Of a stretch of DNA of 64,000 bases, positions 10,141 to 20,345 are shown in pieces. Each line of letters starts with the position of its first letter. The first letter of the stretch is position 1. The position numbers and the translations under genes were made by a program. Source of the DNA: Candidatus Omnitrophota bacterium (GTDB lineage Bacteria > Omnitrophota > Gorgyraeia > Duberdicusellales > 4484-171); assembly GCA_028703535.1 (NCBI GenBank), contig JAQVMQ010000001.1, positions 8,818-72,817 of the forward strand, given 5' to 3'. Below the pieces are notes generated by a model, which made no database searches, was not told the DNA's origin, and saw only the letters and a list, made by a program, of their open reading frames with translations.

Positions 10141-10149
10141 TTTTCAGTT

Positions 10150-12705
10150 ATGCAGAACGTAACACCCATGCAGAAACAATATCTGCAAATAAAAGACAAA
10201 TATAAAGATTGCATCCTCTTCTTCCGCCTTGGGGATTTTTATGAAATGTTCTATGACGATGCCGTAACTGCAAGCAAAATACTGGACCTGGTATTAACTT
10301 CACGAGGCACAACAGAAAAAAATAAATACCCTATGTGCGGTATACCTTTTCATGCTGCCGACAATTATATACCCAAACTTATTAAGGCGGGTAAAAAAGT
10401 AGCGATATGTGAACAAGTAGAAAACCCCCAAGATGCCGTCGGAATTGTCAAACGTGACGTTATCAGAATAATTTCATCCGGCACCTATATTGAAGAAAAC
10501 GCGCCCAACACAAAATATATACTATCTTTATCACCGTTCAAAAAATCTATTGGCGTAGCTTTTATCTCTACAGTTGGCGGAAAATTATATGTAAACCGTT
10601 ATTCGTCTAAAACGGATATATCCCAACTAATGTCATGCTTACATATAACTGAATGCATCTTCCCCGAAAGTTTCAATGACGAAGTAAAAAATATTATCAA
10701 AGCGTCATCTATCAGTTCTGATGATATCCTAATGTCACCCCGCCAAGACTGGCATTTCGATTACGAAATGTCAAAAAAATCCTTATTAAACCAATTTGAT
10801 GTACTGAACCTTTCGGGTTTCGGCATTGAAGATAACCCCGAAGCCGTATGTGCTTCCGGTGGACTACTTGAATACCTTAAGTTGATGAACAAACAACCGT
10901 TAAAACATATCTCAGCATTATCCGTATATAATCATTCCGAGTATACTTTTATATCATCAAGCGCCATTAAAGGTCTTGACATATCCGGCCTCTTCAACGT
11001 TATAGATTATACAGTAACCGCAATGGGAAAAAGAACACTGTCTTTTTGGGTACACCATCCGTTAAAAGATACCTCCTCTATAGAAAAACGTCAAAATGCC
11101 GTCAAACTGCTGCATGTCAATAAGAACATATCTGAAAGCATATTAAAAATCCTTAAATCTTTCCCCGACATTGAAAAGAACATATCCCGTCTAAGTTGCG
11201 GATACACACAAGCAAAAGATTTCCTGGCATTACGGAACGCTCTTTTAAAAGTACCTTTACTGCTGCAAAACCTGGCTCACTTAAAAACACAAAATGACCT
11301 TTTATCATTAAACGATATAACGCAACTTCGTTTACTGCTGGCAAGAAGTATCAATCCCGACATGCCATTATCCAATTATGAAGGTAAAGTGATCCAGAAA
11401 GGTTATAATATAGAATTGGATAATATACGAGATATACAAGAGAACGCCTCAAAGCGTTTAAAAGACCTCCAGGCTCGTGAAATAAAAAAAACCGGCATTA
11501 ATTCCCTAAAAATCGGATTTAATAAAATCTTCGGATACTATATTGAAATAACAAAATCGAACCTCTCATCTATAGGCCCTGACTATATACGTAAACAGAC
11601 GCTGGTAAACGCTGAACGATTCATTACTCCCGAACTCAAAGAATTTGAAGAAACAATGCTGACTGCACAGGAAAAAGTCCTTTCGTTAGAAGAAAAACTT
11701 ATAAAGGAAATAAAAAACACGATACTTTCATACTCAAGTCAGCTATCTGAATTGGCTTCATCAATAGCAAATATAGACAGTCTCAATGCTCTAGCCTATC
11801 TATCACATAAAAAAGACTATATATTGCCGAAAATAAATAATTTAACCAGCATAAATATAATCGACGGCCGTCATCCGCTTGTAGAAGATACAGTTGCCGA
11901 CTTTATACCTAACGATACTGTTCTTGACTGTGACGATAACCATCTTTTGTTGATAACAGGTCCTAACATGGCAGGTAAATCTACTTACATACGTCAAACA
12001 GCCTTATTAGTAATACTGGCACAAATAGGAAGCTATATACCCGCAAAAACAGCCGAAATCGGCATTGTAGATAAGATATTCACACGTATAGGCGCACAAG
12101 ACAATATTGACAAAGGACAAAGCACTTTCATGGTCGAAATGAGCGAAACAGCCGAAATAATTAATAATCTGTCATCAAACAGCTTGGTAATCTTAGACGA
12201 AATCGGACGGGGCACAAGCACATTCGACGGATTGAGCCTTGCATGGTCAATAGCTGACTACCTCGGGAAAAAACACGTACGTACACTTTTTGCAACTCAT
12301 TTTCACGAGTTGACCGCTTTGAAAAATGACTTTAAAGGAATGAAGAACTACAATGTATCGGTAAAAGAATGGCAAGACAAGATCATTTTCTTACATAAAA
12401 TTATATCCGGCGCAGCCGACGATAGTTACGGCATATACGTAGCTAAACTTGCCGGCATACCCAAAGAGATAATCAATCACGCTAAACATATTCTTCTGAA
12501 CCTTGAGACATCAGGCAATCTGGAAGATCATATACGAATGAAAAAACATAAAGAAATACAGCCTACGTTATTTGATAAGCACGTACCATCTGCGACAACA
12601 CCTATAATAGATGAGCTTTCTGAACTTGATATAAATACATTGACGCCTCTCGATGCCCTGAATAAAATAACTCAATGGCAAAAAAGGATAAATAATAATG
12701 GCTAA
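10150..12705 (+). CDS. mutS: DNA mismatch repair protein MutS
   Basis: TPMQKQYLQIKDKYKDCILFFRLGDFYEMF N-terminus; Walker A GPNMAGKST; FATHFHEL. Confidence 0.97.
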   Translation: MQNVTPMQKQYLQIKDKYKDCILFFRLGDFYEMFYDDAVTASKILDLVLTSRGTTEKNKYPMCGIPFHAADNYIPKLIKAGKKVAICEQVENPQDAVGIVKRDVIRIISSGTYIEENAPNTKYILSLSPFKKSIGVAFISTVGGKLYVNRYSSKTDISQLMSCLHITECIFPESFNDEVKNIIKASSISSDDILMSPRQDWHFDYEMSKKSLLNQFDVLNLSGFGIEDNPEAVCASGGLLEYLKLMNKQPLKHISALSVYNHSEYTFISSSAIKGLDISGLFNVIDYTVTAMGKRTLSFWVHHPLKDTSSIEKRQNAVKLLHVNKNISESILKILKSFPDIEKNISRLSCGYTQAKDFLALRNALLKVPLLLQNLAHLKTQNDLLSLNDITQLRLLLARSINPDMPLSNYEGKVIQKGYNIELDNIRDIQENASKRLKDLQAREIKKTGINSLKIGFNKIFGYYIEITKSNLSSIGPDYIRKQTLVNAERFITPELKEFEETMLTAQEKVLSLEEKLIKEIKNTILSYSSQLSELASSIANIDSLNALAYLSHKKDYILPKINNLTSINIIDGRHPLVEDTVADFIPNDTVLDCDDNHLLLITGPNMAGKSTYIRQTALLVILAQIGSYIPAKTAEIGIVDKIFTRIGAQDNIDKGQSTFMVEMSETAEIINNLSSNSLVILDEIGRGTSTFDGLSLAWSIADYLGKKHVRTLFATHFHELTALKNDFKGMKNYNVSVKEWQDKIIFLHKIISGAADDSYGIYVAKLAGIPKEIINHAKHILLNLETSGNLEDHIRMKKHKEIQPTLFDKHVPSATTPIIDELSELDINTLTPLDALNKITQWQKRINNNG

Positions 12706-14467
12706 AGTAAATCTTTTATCCCCTGATATCATAAGTAAAATAGCTGCAGGCGAAGTGATTGACCGCCCATCGTCAATAATAAAAGAATTGCTCGAAAACT
12801 CTATAGATGCAGAAGCCGGTAATATCGAAATACACCTAAAACAATCGGGAAAAAAAGAAATAATCATACGTGATAACGGCACAGGGATAGAACCGGATGA
12901 TATAGAAACAATATTCAAACGCCACTCAACAAGTAAAATAAAACAAACAGCTGACCTTTACAATATCGCCACACTTGGTTTCCGCGGCGAGGCTCTTTAC
13001 AGTATCTCTTCCGTATCAGATATAACAATAAAAAGCAAAACCCTGGAATCAGAAACTGGTTGGCAAATAAACATGCGCGCTAACGAAAAAATATCACTCA
13101 CACCCATTGCCATGTCAAACGGGACAGAAATAACCGTTAAAGAAATATTCTTTAACACACCGGCCAGAAAAAAATTCCTTAAAACCGATTCTACGGAATT
13201 ACATAATATTATAGGTGTTTTAACTCCATATATGCTTCTGTTTCCCGGAAAAACTTTCAAGCTTACAAACAATAAAAAAACTATATTGGACGCGCCGGAA
13301 CCGTCACAAAAAACAGCACGTATATCCGAAATACTAAAACTAAACAAAAACGACATAATACACCGTTCACTCAAGCTTGCCGAGTACAGTATGTCAATTG
13401 ATTTTTTTCTCGGTAGTATAAACATCCAGCAGCCTAGAAAGACCATGCAGTTTGTTTTTGTCAATAACCGGCCCGTATACAACTACCGCATACCATTCCA
13501 AATAAACCAGGCATACAGGACATTGTTGCCTCAAAATATATTTCCTTTTTTTGCGATATTCATATCTATGCCGCCAGAAGATATAGATTCCAACATTCAC
13601 CCCAGTAAAAAAGAAATACAAATAAAAGACGAACAAAGAATAGCGCAAATATTGCGATACAAATGTCAAGACATAATCCTTACTGATTCTGATCCAAAAC
13701 AAGCAGTACTACTGCCGGTTAATCAAGAAAATAAACTGGACTTCCCCCGTCTCATAGATACAATTTTTGAACCTTCGGATCCTTACAAAAAACCAACCCC
13801 CTACACTGACACCGCGTCCGCCTTGCCGGCAATCCCTGAAAAAAATGCTAAAACCCCCGTTTTGGATATGTCACTCATAAAAATAAGACCGAACACATTA
13901 AAAGAAAAACTCCACACAGCTCAATATATAGGTAGTTATATAAAAAAATATTTATTTTTTGAATCCGGCACTTCATTATTAATTGCTGATCAACACGCTG
14001 CGCAGGAACGTATAACATATGAAGCACTGATCTCTCAAATAGAAAAAAGTAAAATAGAAATACAGCCTCTGCTTTCACCTATAACTATGAAAATATCAGC
14101 CCAGGAGATGGTCATATGGGAAATAATACATGATAAGTTGAAAGAGTTCGGTTTTGAAACTACGCTGTGGTCATCCGACACAATAGCTTTACATGCCTAT
14201 CCCATGTTAATAAAAAAACCCCAGACAGCTTTACTTAATTTTTTATCTCCTGACACAAAAAACGATCGGCAATTGGATACCGAGACCATAGCGAAAAGAG
14301 CATGCAAAGGCTCACTGACTGCCGGATATGATATGTCCCCGCAACAAGCAGATTATATAATAAAAAACCTCTTAAAATGTAAGGACCCATTCACCTGCCC
14401 GCACGGCCGTCCGACCTTGATAGAAATAAAAGAGCCTGTGTTTGAAAAACAATTCTTACGAATATAA
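12698..14467 (+). CDS. mutL: DNA mismatch repair protein MutL, endonuclease-type
   Basis: IAAGEVIDRPSSIIKELLENSIDA ATPase N-terminus. C-terminal DQHAAQERITYE (DQHAx2Ex4E) and CPHGRP motifs. 8-nt overlap with mutS. Confidence 0.95.
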   Translation: MAKVNLLSPDIISKIAAGEVIDRPSSIIKELLENSIDAEAGNIEIHLKQSGKKEIIIRDNGTGIEPDDIETIFKRHSTSKIKQTADLYNIATLGFRGEALYSISSVSDITIKSKTLESETGWQINMRANEKISLTPIAMSNGTEITVKEIFFNTPARKKFLKTDSTELHNIIGVLTPYMLLFPGKTFKLTNNKKTILDAPEPSQKTARISEILKLNKNDIIHRSLKLAEYSMSIDFFLGSINIQQPRKTMQFVFVNNRPVYNYRIPFQINQAYRTLLPQNIFPFFAIFISMPPEDIDSNIHPSKKEIQIKDEQRIAQILRYKCQDIILTDSDPKQAVLLPVNQENKLDFPRLIDTIFEPSDPYKKPTPYTDTASALPAIPEKNAKTPVLDMSLIKIRPNTLKEKLHTAQYIGSYIKKYLFFESGTSLLIADQHAAQERITYEALISQIEKSKIEIQPLLSPITMKISAQEMVIWEIIHDKLKEFGFETTLWSSDTIALHAYPMLIKKPQTALLNFLSPDTKNDRQLDTETIAKRACKGSLTAGYDMSPQQADYIIKNLLKCKDPFTCPHGRPTLIEIKEPVFEKQFLRI

Positions 14468-14502
14468 CACATATTTTTTCACATAACGCCCAACATGCTA
14501 CT

Positions 14503-14510
14503 TGTATAAT
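14503..14510 (+). promoter_or_regulatory. Candidate extended -10 element (TGTATAAT) upstream of the 264-aa coiled-coil gene
   Basis: Sequence match only; no good -35 at standard spacing. Confidence 0.3.
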
Positions 14511-14536
14511 TACACGCTTATAGTAAAATAAATTCC

Positions 14537-15331
14537 ATGACACTCTATATACTCATATTTCTTGGTATAATTTTTTTCTCCATCGGTATAATCCTGGTAC
14601 TAAAAAACGTATTCCTAGTTTCGCACTATAAGAATCAAGCTCTTTCACTTAAAAAAAAATATGATGAGACATTACATGAAATAAACGATCAACAAACACG
14701 AATAAAAAATGACTTCAAAGATTCTAATAAAAAAATAGCCGAGCTTTCAAAAAAACTCCAGGAAACAACTGCCGAAAAAGACGTTCAGATCTCAAAATTA
14801 GAGAATGAATTAGCAAAAAAACAAACAACAAGTACAGACAACGCTCCGGCCCACAATGACCATGAAATAAAGACCTTACGCGAGACATTATCAGAAAAGT
14901 ATGAAATAATAAAACAACTTAATCAAGAAATCTTATCATTTAAAAAAAATATGTCGGAAAGCCCGAAAAACTCAGATAATGCCAACACTTTAAAAAACGA
15001 ATTAACTTTTTCTCATGAAGAAGTTAAAAAACTAAAAATACAAATTATTGATCTGGAGACTAAATTAAGCGCAACCGAACAAGCATTATCCTTCGCCAAC
15101 AACCAGTTAAAATGTTTTTCTGAAAACGAGCCCGATAATACCGAAGATATCCTGAAAAGTAAACCGATAATAATGTCCGCGCCTGCCTCTACGGAAAAAA
15201 CCATACCCGCTGAAAATCTAAACGGTCCTACGCCTTCCGCAGGCCAAACGGATAAAGACAACGAGAAAAAATCTTTGCTATCGATATTAGATAACGAAAA
15301 AAAGAAAGAAAAAGAAGAAAATGAAAAATAA
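14537..15331 (+). CDS. Membrane-anchored coiled-coil protein with low-complexity tail (264 aa)
   Basis: N-terminal TM helix LYILIFLGIIFFSIGIILVL, then K/E/Q/L-rich heptad sequence and a K/E-rich C-terminus. No enzymatic motif recognised. Confidence 0.6.
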   Translation: MTLYILIFLGIIFFSIGIILVLKNVFLVSHYKNQALSLKKKYDETLHEINDQQTRIKNDFKDSNKKIAELSKKLQETTAEKDVQISKLENELAKKQTTSTDNAPAHNDHEIKTLRETLSEKYEIIKQLNQEILSFKKNMSESPKNSDNANTLKNELTFSHEEVKKLKIQIIDLETKLSATEQALSFANNQLKCFSENEPDNTEDILKSKPIIMSAPASTEKTIPAENLNGPTPSAGQTDKDNEKKSLLSILDNEKKKEKEENEK

Positions 15332-15671
15332 GAAAGCATTATCCCATATTCTTGGAGTAATATTATTGTTTTTATCAGGCATATGCTTAATGACTGCCAT
15401 ATACATGCAAGACACAAAGTATAACACGAAAACGTTTGAGCCTTTAACATCCACTTTATGGAATCATGACGGTAAACTTATAATAAACTCAGGTTACAAA
15501 AATAACCTAAAAGAAAACCAAATATTCATTATAACTGAGGGCACAAAGATAATAGGTGTGATCAAAGCACTTAATGTAGAAGAAAATATATCAAATGCCG
15601 TTCTTCTGACTTCTGAAATATCGAAACTTGACAAAGAATACTATACTATATCAAAACTTAACATTATTTAA
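15321..15671 (+). CDS. Small membrane-anchored hypothetical protein (116 aa)
   Basis: One TM helix (ILGVILLFLSGICLMTAIY). 11-nt overlap with the upstream gene suggests translational coupling. No recognised family. Confidence 0.5.
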   Translation: MKNKKALSHILGVILLFLSGICLMTAIYMQDTKYNTKTFEPLTSTLWNHDGKLIINSGYKNNLKENQIFIITEGTKIIGVIKALNVEENISNAVLLTSEISKLDKEYYTISKLNII

Positions 15672-17871
15672 GTTCTTCGTTACATAAAGATCTGAGTTTA
15701 TCAATATCAGACTTAAGTAATTTTATCTTCAACAAATAATCTTCACTCTTAGAATCCTCATAAACCGGTGTAATCTCTTTTTCACGTCCATAAAGATAAT
15801 ATTCATCATAGGAGATCGGCTCATTACTTTTTTTAAACTCCTGTTGGTTCAACTCTATATCGCGCGTAAAATCGCTACTTATTTCACCCGAAATATCTGT
15901 TGCCTGTAGTTTCCCATTATCAGTATCGGCTGATATTTCTTTTTTGACATTTTCATAGTTTGCCTTTAATTGTTCTTTTTCCATGTCATGTTTTTCTGAA
16001 TTTCTGACAAACCTGTCGGTCAAGCCATCCAGTTCAGTCTTTAATTTTTCTATTATAATCTGCTTACCCGCATTCTCAGCCTCCAATTCCTCTACACGTT
16101 CCTTTAACCCCTTGCAATAGGCATCAGTTTTTGCGCTACCATCAGATATTTTTTTATTGAGACTATCTATTATTTTTTCTTTATCCGAATTATCTTTCTC
16201 TAATCCCATTATTTTTTTATGCAATTCGTTTTGAACATTTTCAATAAAATTATTAAAAGAAATATTTTCATTCTTCAGATTATCGTTTTCCCGCTTAAGA
16301 TCGCCTATCTCAGCTTCAAGGTTCTTAATAACCGTTATATCCGAATCTATATTCCTGTTCTTATGAGTAATCTCTCCTTTTAATTCTGATACTTGGTCGG
16401 TTAAAAACGTATTCTGTGCGATAAGTTCTTTATTTCTACCTTCAATTTTTAATTTTTCCTCAATAATAACGGCAGAAGATTCTTTGTCCAAAACAATTTT
16501 TGTAGTTAATTCCTCTAACTTGGACCTGAGTTCTTCATTTTCCAATTCTATTTTTTTATATGCACTGTCGGATTCATTTAAATTTAACCCGAATTCACGC
16601 AAATCATCTTCTAGTTTTTTATTTTTATTGCTCAGCGTTTCAACCTGCCCGGCCAAAACTTTATTAGCAGCCGCTAATCCCTTATAATTATCGAAATCCT
16701 TCTTAGATTGTTCACTATCTTTTTTTAATTTAGCCAACTGTTCGGACAACAATTTATTAGCATCCGTCAAACGCTCCACCACCTTAGTATTATCTTTAAA
16801 ACCTGCCGTAACATCGGCAAGTTCTTTGCGGGCAGTATCCAATTCTTTTTTGCTTTTATCGGTCAAATCCACCTGCTGATTAAGCTGTGTCAATAAATCA
16901 TTGTTCATTTCTTTGTATTTCTGTATGTCTTGCATTGTCGCCGCTGTCTGCTTATTCGACATCGCATTGTCCTTTAATAAGCTTATTTCTTTTTTCGCCT
17001 CAATAGTCTCCTTCTTTAGCCGCGCATTTTCATCTTTAAGACGCTCAATAACGGTCTCGTATCCGCTTGCGTCATGTTCCTTGTCAGCCTGTGATACCTC
17101 AGATTCGATTTGATCTTTTGCCTCAGCCATAGCAATGCGTGTCTGAAATGCTTCCACCTGTCTCTTTAAAACTTCATTTTCATTACGCAAAACTTCAGCC
17201 TCGCGCTTGAGCAACAAAACATTTTTTTCACTTTCGCTCATCTGTTCTTCAAAATCCGAAGCCATTTCAATCATATAATCATCTTTTTCCTTAACTTTAT
17301 TTGTTAAAAAAATTACCCTGTCCCTTAAGTCAGCAAGCTCAGAGCTCTGTCCAGCTTTAAAAGGTTTATTAATATCATTTAACTGTTTTTTTAATGCAAC
17401 TATCTGCCGCTCATTGTCGAGCTTACTGTCAACAAGCATACTTTTCTCAAGTTCATATTGTTTATTTAGAGCTTCAATCTGGGCAAGTTTATTCTGATAA
17501 TCTTTTTCACTATCACCGGCTTTAACAGCTGTTTCTTTATATTTCTGTGCTTCAGATACAGCTTTCTCCTTTGCCTGTATTAAAGTCTTAATATCCGCCC
17601 TGTACTTCTCAATTTCTTTACTTGCAGATTCTAGAGCCTGATTTAATTTATTCATTCTTTCTTCTTGCAATGAATATTCAGCTTTTAATTCTAAATTCTC
17701 TTTTGAAAGAATATCTTTAGTGTTATCCTTCTGTAATGTTTCCAATTTTGCGGTGAGCTGCTTATTATCTTCAATAAGCTGGTTAAGAAGATTCTTGTCC
17801 TGCGTATATCCGAAAAAAGTCTGACATAAAATAAACAACGAAAAGAGAAAAATTTTGAAATTATTATTCAA
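15664..17871 (-). CDS. Secreted/envelope giant coiled-coil protein (735 aa)
   Basis: Signal-like N-terminus (IFLFSLFILCQTFFGYTQ), then almost uninterrupted E/K/L/N/Q heptad-rich sequence. TTG start 6 nt after an AGGAG SD. Confidence 0.7.
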   Translation of the reverse strand: MNNNFKIFLFSLFILCQTFFGYTQDKNLLNQLIEDNKQLTAKLETLQKDNTKDILSKENLELKAEYSLQEERMNKLNQALESASKEIEKYRADIKTLIQAKEKAVSEAQKYKETAVKAGDSEKDYQNKLAQIEALNKQYELEKSMLVDSKLDNERQIVALKKQLNDINKPFKAGQSSELADLRDRVIFLTNKVKEKDDYMIEMASDFEEQMSESEKNVLLLKREAEVLRNENEVLKRQVEAFQTRIAMAEAKDQIESEVSQADKEHDASGYETVIERLKDENARLKKETIEAKKEISLLKDNAMSNKQTAATMQDIQKYKEMNNDLLTQLNQQVDLTDKSKKELDTARKELADVTAGFKDNTKVVERLTDANKLLSEQLAKLKKDSEQSKKDFDNYKGLAAANKVLAGQVETLSNKNKKLEDDLREFGLNLNESDSAYKKIELENEELRSKLEELTTKIVLDKESSAVIIEEKLKIEGRNKELIAQNTFLTDQVSELKGEITHKNRNIDSDITVIKNLEAEIGDLKRENDNLKNENISFNNFIENVQNELHKKIMGLEKDNSDKEKIIDSLNKKISDGSAKTDAYCKGLKERVEELEAENAGKQIIIEKLKTELDGLTDRFVRNSEKHDMEKEQLKANYENVKKEISADTDNGKLQATDISGEISSDFTRDIELNQQEFKKSNEPISYDEYYLYGREKEITPVYEDSKSEDYLLKIKLLKSDIDKLRSLCNEELK

Positions 17872-17899
17872 TCCAGTCTCCTTTAATTAAATTATAAAT

Positions 17900-17928
17900 A
17901 TAATATTCCCTGCCGCAAGAAATGTCAA
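17900..17928 (-). promoter_or_regulatory. Candidate sigma70 promoter TTGACA-N17-TATTAT for the 735-aa coiled-coil gene
   Basis: Reverse complement of tgtcaa (17923-17928) and ataata (17900-17905). Correct spacing; SD and start codon follow about 20-30 nt downstream. Confidence 0.5.
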
Positions 17929-17966
17929 GCAATGCGTTACTTAGGCATTATCTAAAAGTTATTTTA

Positions 17967-18536
17967 TTAACGTTTTATATTAGGTAATTTTTCCCACCAT
18001 AACATGCTTTCATCGGATTTTATATGGGCCCATAGACTAAGAGCAGTTTTTGTGCGTAAAAGTTTAGCTGATTTTTTAAGAAATTTTTCAGCCTGAGGAT
18101 ATCCATAATTAATATACTCTTTTGCCTGTATAAGACATTCTATTATATCGGCATCCCGGGCGATCAGACTTTCTCCTGTTTTTTGTTCCAAATACTCTTT
18201 TCTAAGACCGGCCAGTTCCGAACGGATATTCTCAGGTAAAAATTCTATTTGTTCAAAAAACGCTTTATTTTCTATCTCTGGCAGATCAATATAACGTTGT
18301 GCCATCTTATGTAAATCCGTTATACGAGCCTCATGAATATCATTAAAAAGTGTCATTAATAACACTTTAAACTTGTCCGCTCTTTCCATCCCGGCCAAAA
18401 TGTAACCTATAACCGCACAACGGAAACAATGATCCGCAACAGATTCAGGGTTTTTTATACCCAGCACGTTCCACCCGGATCTTGGCATATTTTTCAACAT
18501 ACCCGCCTCAGCAATGAACTGTGCCAAAAAATCCAT
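17967..18536 (-). CDS. HD-domain phosphohydrolase (YfbR-like 5'-nucleotidase family)
   Basis: MDFLAQFIAEAGMLKNMPRSGW start typical of this family; SVADHCFR...NDIHEARITDL (H...HD...D). The track ORF extends to 18578, but that part lies inside rlmB, so I prefer the ATG at 18534-18536. Confidence 0.75.
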   Translation of the reverse strand: MDFLAQFIAEAGMLKNMPRSGWNVLGIKNPESVADHCFRCAVIGYILAGMERADKFKVLLMTLFNDIHEARITDLHKMAQRYIDLPEIENKAFFEQIEFLPENIRSELAGLRKEYLEQKTGESLIARDADIIECLIQAKEYINYGYPQAEKFLKKSAKLLRTKTALSLWAHIKSDESMLWWEKLPNIKR

Positions 18537-18537
18537 T

Positions 18538-19317
18538 TTATTTCTTTTCATACAAACATCTCTGTTTAACGGCTTCATAACATATAATCGCAGCCGCAGT
18601 ATTAATATTTAAAGATAACGGTGCACCCTCCATAGGTATAGATATTTTCAAATCTAATACTTTAGCTATCCCGTCACGTATCCCTTTACCTTCAGAGCCT
18701 AACACAATACCAAGCGGAAACGGCATTTTAGTCTCATATATACTATCCGCCAAATTGTCCGCCATAGTACCCGCAACCCAATAACCTGAATCTTTTGCCT
18801 GTCGTACCGCACTAACGATATTAGTGACCTTAGCCACAGGCACATAATTCTCACCGCCGGATGCAATATGTAAAACTGTCTCAGTAATATCACACGCATT
18901 ATATTTCGGAATAACTACTGCAAAGCCGCCAAGACACGCGCACAAACGTATTACAGCCCCCACATTCACCGGATCAAACACCGAATCAAGAAAGACTAAT
19001 ATACGTTTGTCATCAGCCGTAAGAATGTCCGAAAAATCAGTAAATGCGAACTGTTTTATCTTTGCGATAACACCCTGGTGATTTTCAACGTTTTTTATCC
19101 TTGCTAAATCCCTGGCAGACACTACCTCAACTTCTATACGTTGAGACTCGCTGAATTTTATTATATCTTTGTCCTTAAATCCTTCTTTAAAAAATATTTT
19201 TTTTATCGAAGCGGGATTATTTTTAAGACGTTCAAAAACTGAATTTTTCCCATACAGAAAAAAATTTCCTCTAGCAGTTTTATCTTCTATCTTTTTATAT
19301 TTATAATTCCTGCCCAT
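18538..19317 (-). CDS. rlmB: TrmH/SpoU-family RNA 2'-O-methyltransferase (RlmB-like)
   Basis: N-terminal substrate-binding domain (GKNSVFERLKNNP) plus SPOUT C-terminus (LVFLDSVFDPVNVGAVIR...LGSEGKGI...LNINTAAAI). Confidence 0.8.
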   Translation of the reverse strand: MGRNYKYKKIEDKTARGNFFLYGKNSVFERLKNNPASIKKIFFKEGFKDKDIIKFSESQRIEVEVVSARDLARIKNVENHQGVIAKIKQFAFTDFSDILTADDKRILVFLDSVFDPVNVGAVIRLCACLGGFAVVIPKYNACDITETVLHIASGGENYVPVAKVTNIVSAVRQAKDSGYWVAGTMADNLADSIYETKMPFPLGIVLGSEGKGIRDGIAKVLDLKISIPMEGAPLSLNINTAAAIICYEAVKQRCLYEKK

Positions 19318-19325
19318 AGATTTAA

Positions 19326-19673
19326 TTATTCCGACAAATAACTGTTAAGCTCTTTTATTTTTTGAACACAAATCTGCACGGCCTTAGCGCACTGTGTAAT
19401 ATCTTCCTGGGAAAAATAATTTGTACCCAGAGATGCCATGATTCCGGAAGAACTTTCATATAACTGACCCGCCTGCATAAACAGTTTCTGTGCTTCAAAC
19501 GCTTTTGTTTTGTCTAAAGTTGCATCAGTCAGATTAACCGCCGCAGTAAAAAGCATACTGGCAGCTTTAATATCAGAAAAAGCCTTCTGTCTTAACTCAT
19601 CAGGTGAGTTTTGTCCGAAACAAAGAAAAGAAAACACACAACACACAGCAAAAAAACAACTAATTACACGCAT
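19326..19673 (-). CDS. Small secreted hypothetical protein (115 aa)
   Basis: Signal peptide-like MRVISCFFAVCCVFSFLCFG; the remainder looks helical. No family recognised. Confidence 0.5.
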   Translation of the reverse strand: MRVISCFFAVCCVFSFLCFGQNSPDELRQKAFSDIKAASMLFTAAVNLTDATLDKTKAFEAQKLFMQAGQLYESSSGIMASLGTNYFSQEDITQCAKAVQICVQKIKELNSYLSE

Positions 19674-19674
19674 A

Positions 19675-20310
19675 TCATCCCCCTGTAATTTTTAAAAAGG
19701 TTAATATCATATTAAAAATAATCTTATATATTCCGTTAATAACCGGATCTAAAAAATTAAAATATAAAAGTACGAATATTATTATAATACCGTACCTCTC
19801 AAGTTTAATCAAAATTTTCTTTACATTTTTCGGAGCAAGTGCCAAAACAACCCGCGAACCATCTAACGGTGGTATCGGTATTAAATTAAACGTAGCCAAT
19901 AATACATTTACCTGTATTAGCATAGTAAAAAACATTTCAAAAAAATCGTTCATAAGAAAATTTAAACGTACTAAGAAAAACGCTCCGACAAAAGCAATAA
20001 TCAGATTAACGAAACACCCGGCAAGAGAAACTGCAATAAACGCAAACTTATTGGGCCACAGACATGAATAATCTACAGGCACCGGCTTTGCCCACCCGAA
20101 CCCTACAAAAAGCAAAAAGAATGTTCCCAGGAAATCAAAATGTACTTTCGGATTAAGTGAAAGACGACCTGCATTCTTGGCTGTATCGTCACCAAATTTA
20201 TACGCTGTCCAGCCATGGGCAACTTCATGAAGTATAACAGAAAACGACAAGGCGATAAATAACGCCAAAAACAGAAACGGTTCCTTAAATAAAAGTGAGA
20301 TAAAACCCAA
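19675..20310 (-). CDS. M50 site-2 protease family membrane metalloprotease
   Basis: LHEVAHGW (HExxH) in a TM helix; NLIPIPPLDGSRV (NxxPxxxLDG). TTG start in the track; no in-frame ATG lies upstream of the HExxH. Confidence 0.8.
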   Translation of the reverse strand: MGFISLLFKEPFLFLALFIALSFSVILHEVAHGWTAYKFGDDTAKNAGRLSLNPKVHFDFLGTFFLLFVGFGWAKPVPVDYSCLWPNKFAFIAVSLAGCFVNLIIAFVGAFFLVRLNFLMNDFFEMFFTMLIQVNVLLATFNLIPIPPLDGSRVVLALAPKNVKKILIKLERYGIIIIFVLLYFNFLDPVINGIYKIIFNMILTFLKITGG

Positions 20311-20345
20311 AATAGAACTTTATTTTTTTAGAATAATAGATATCT

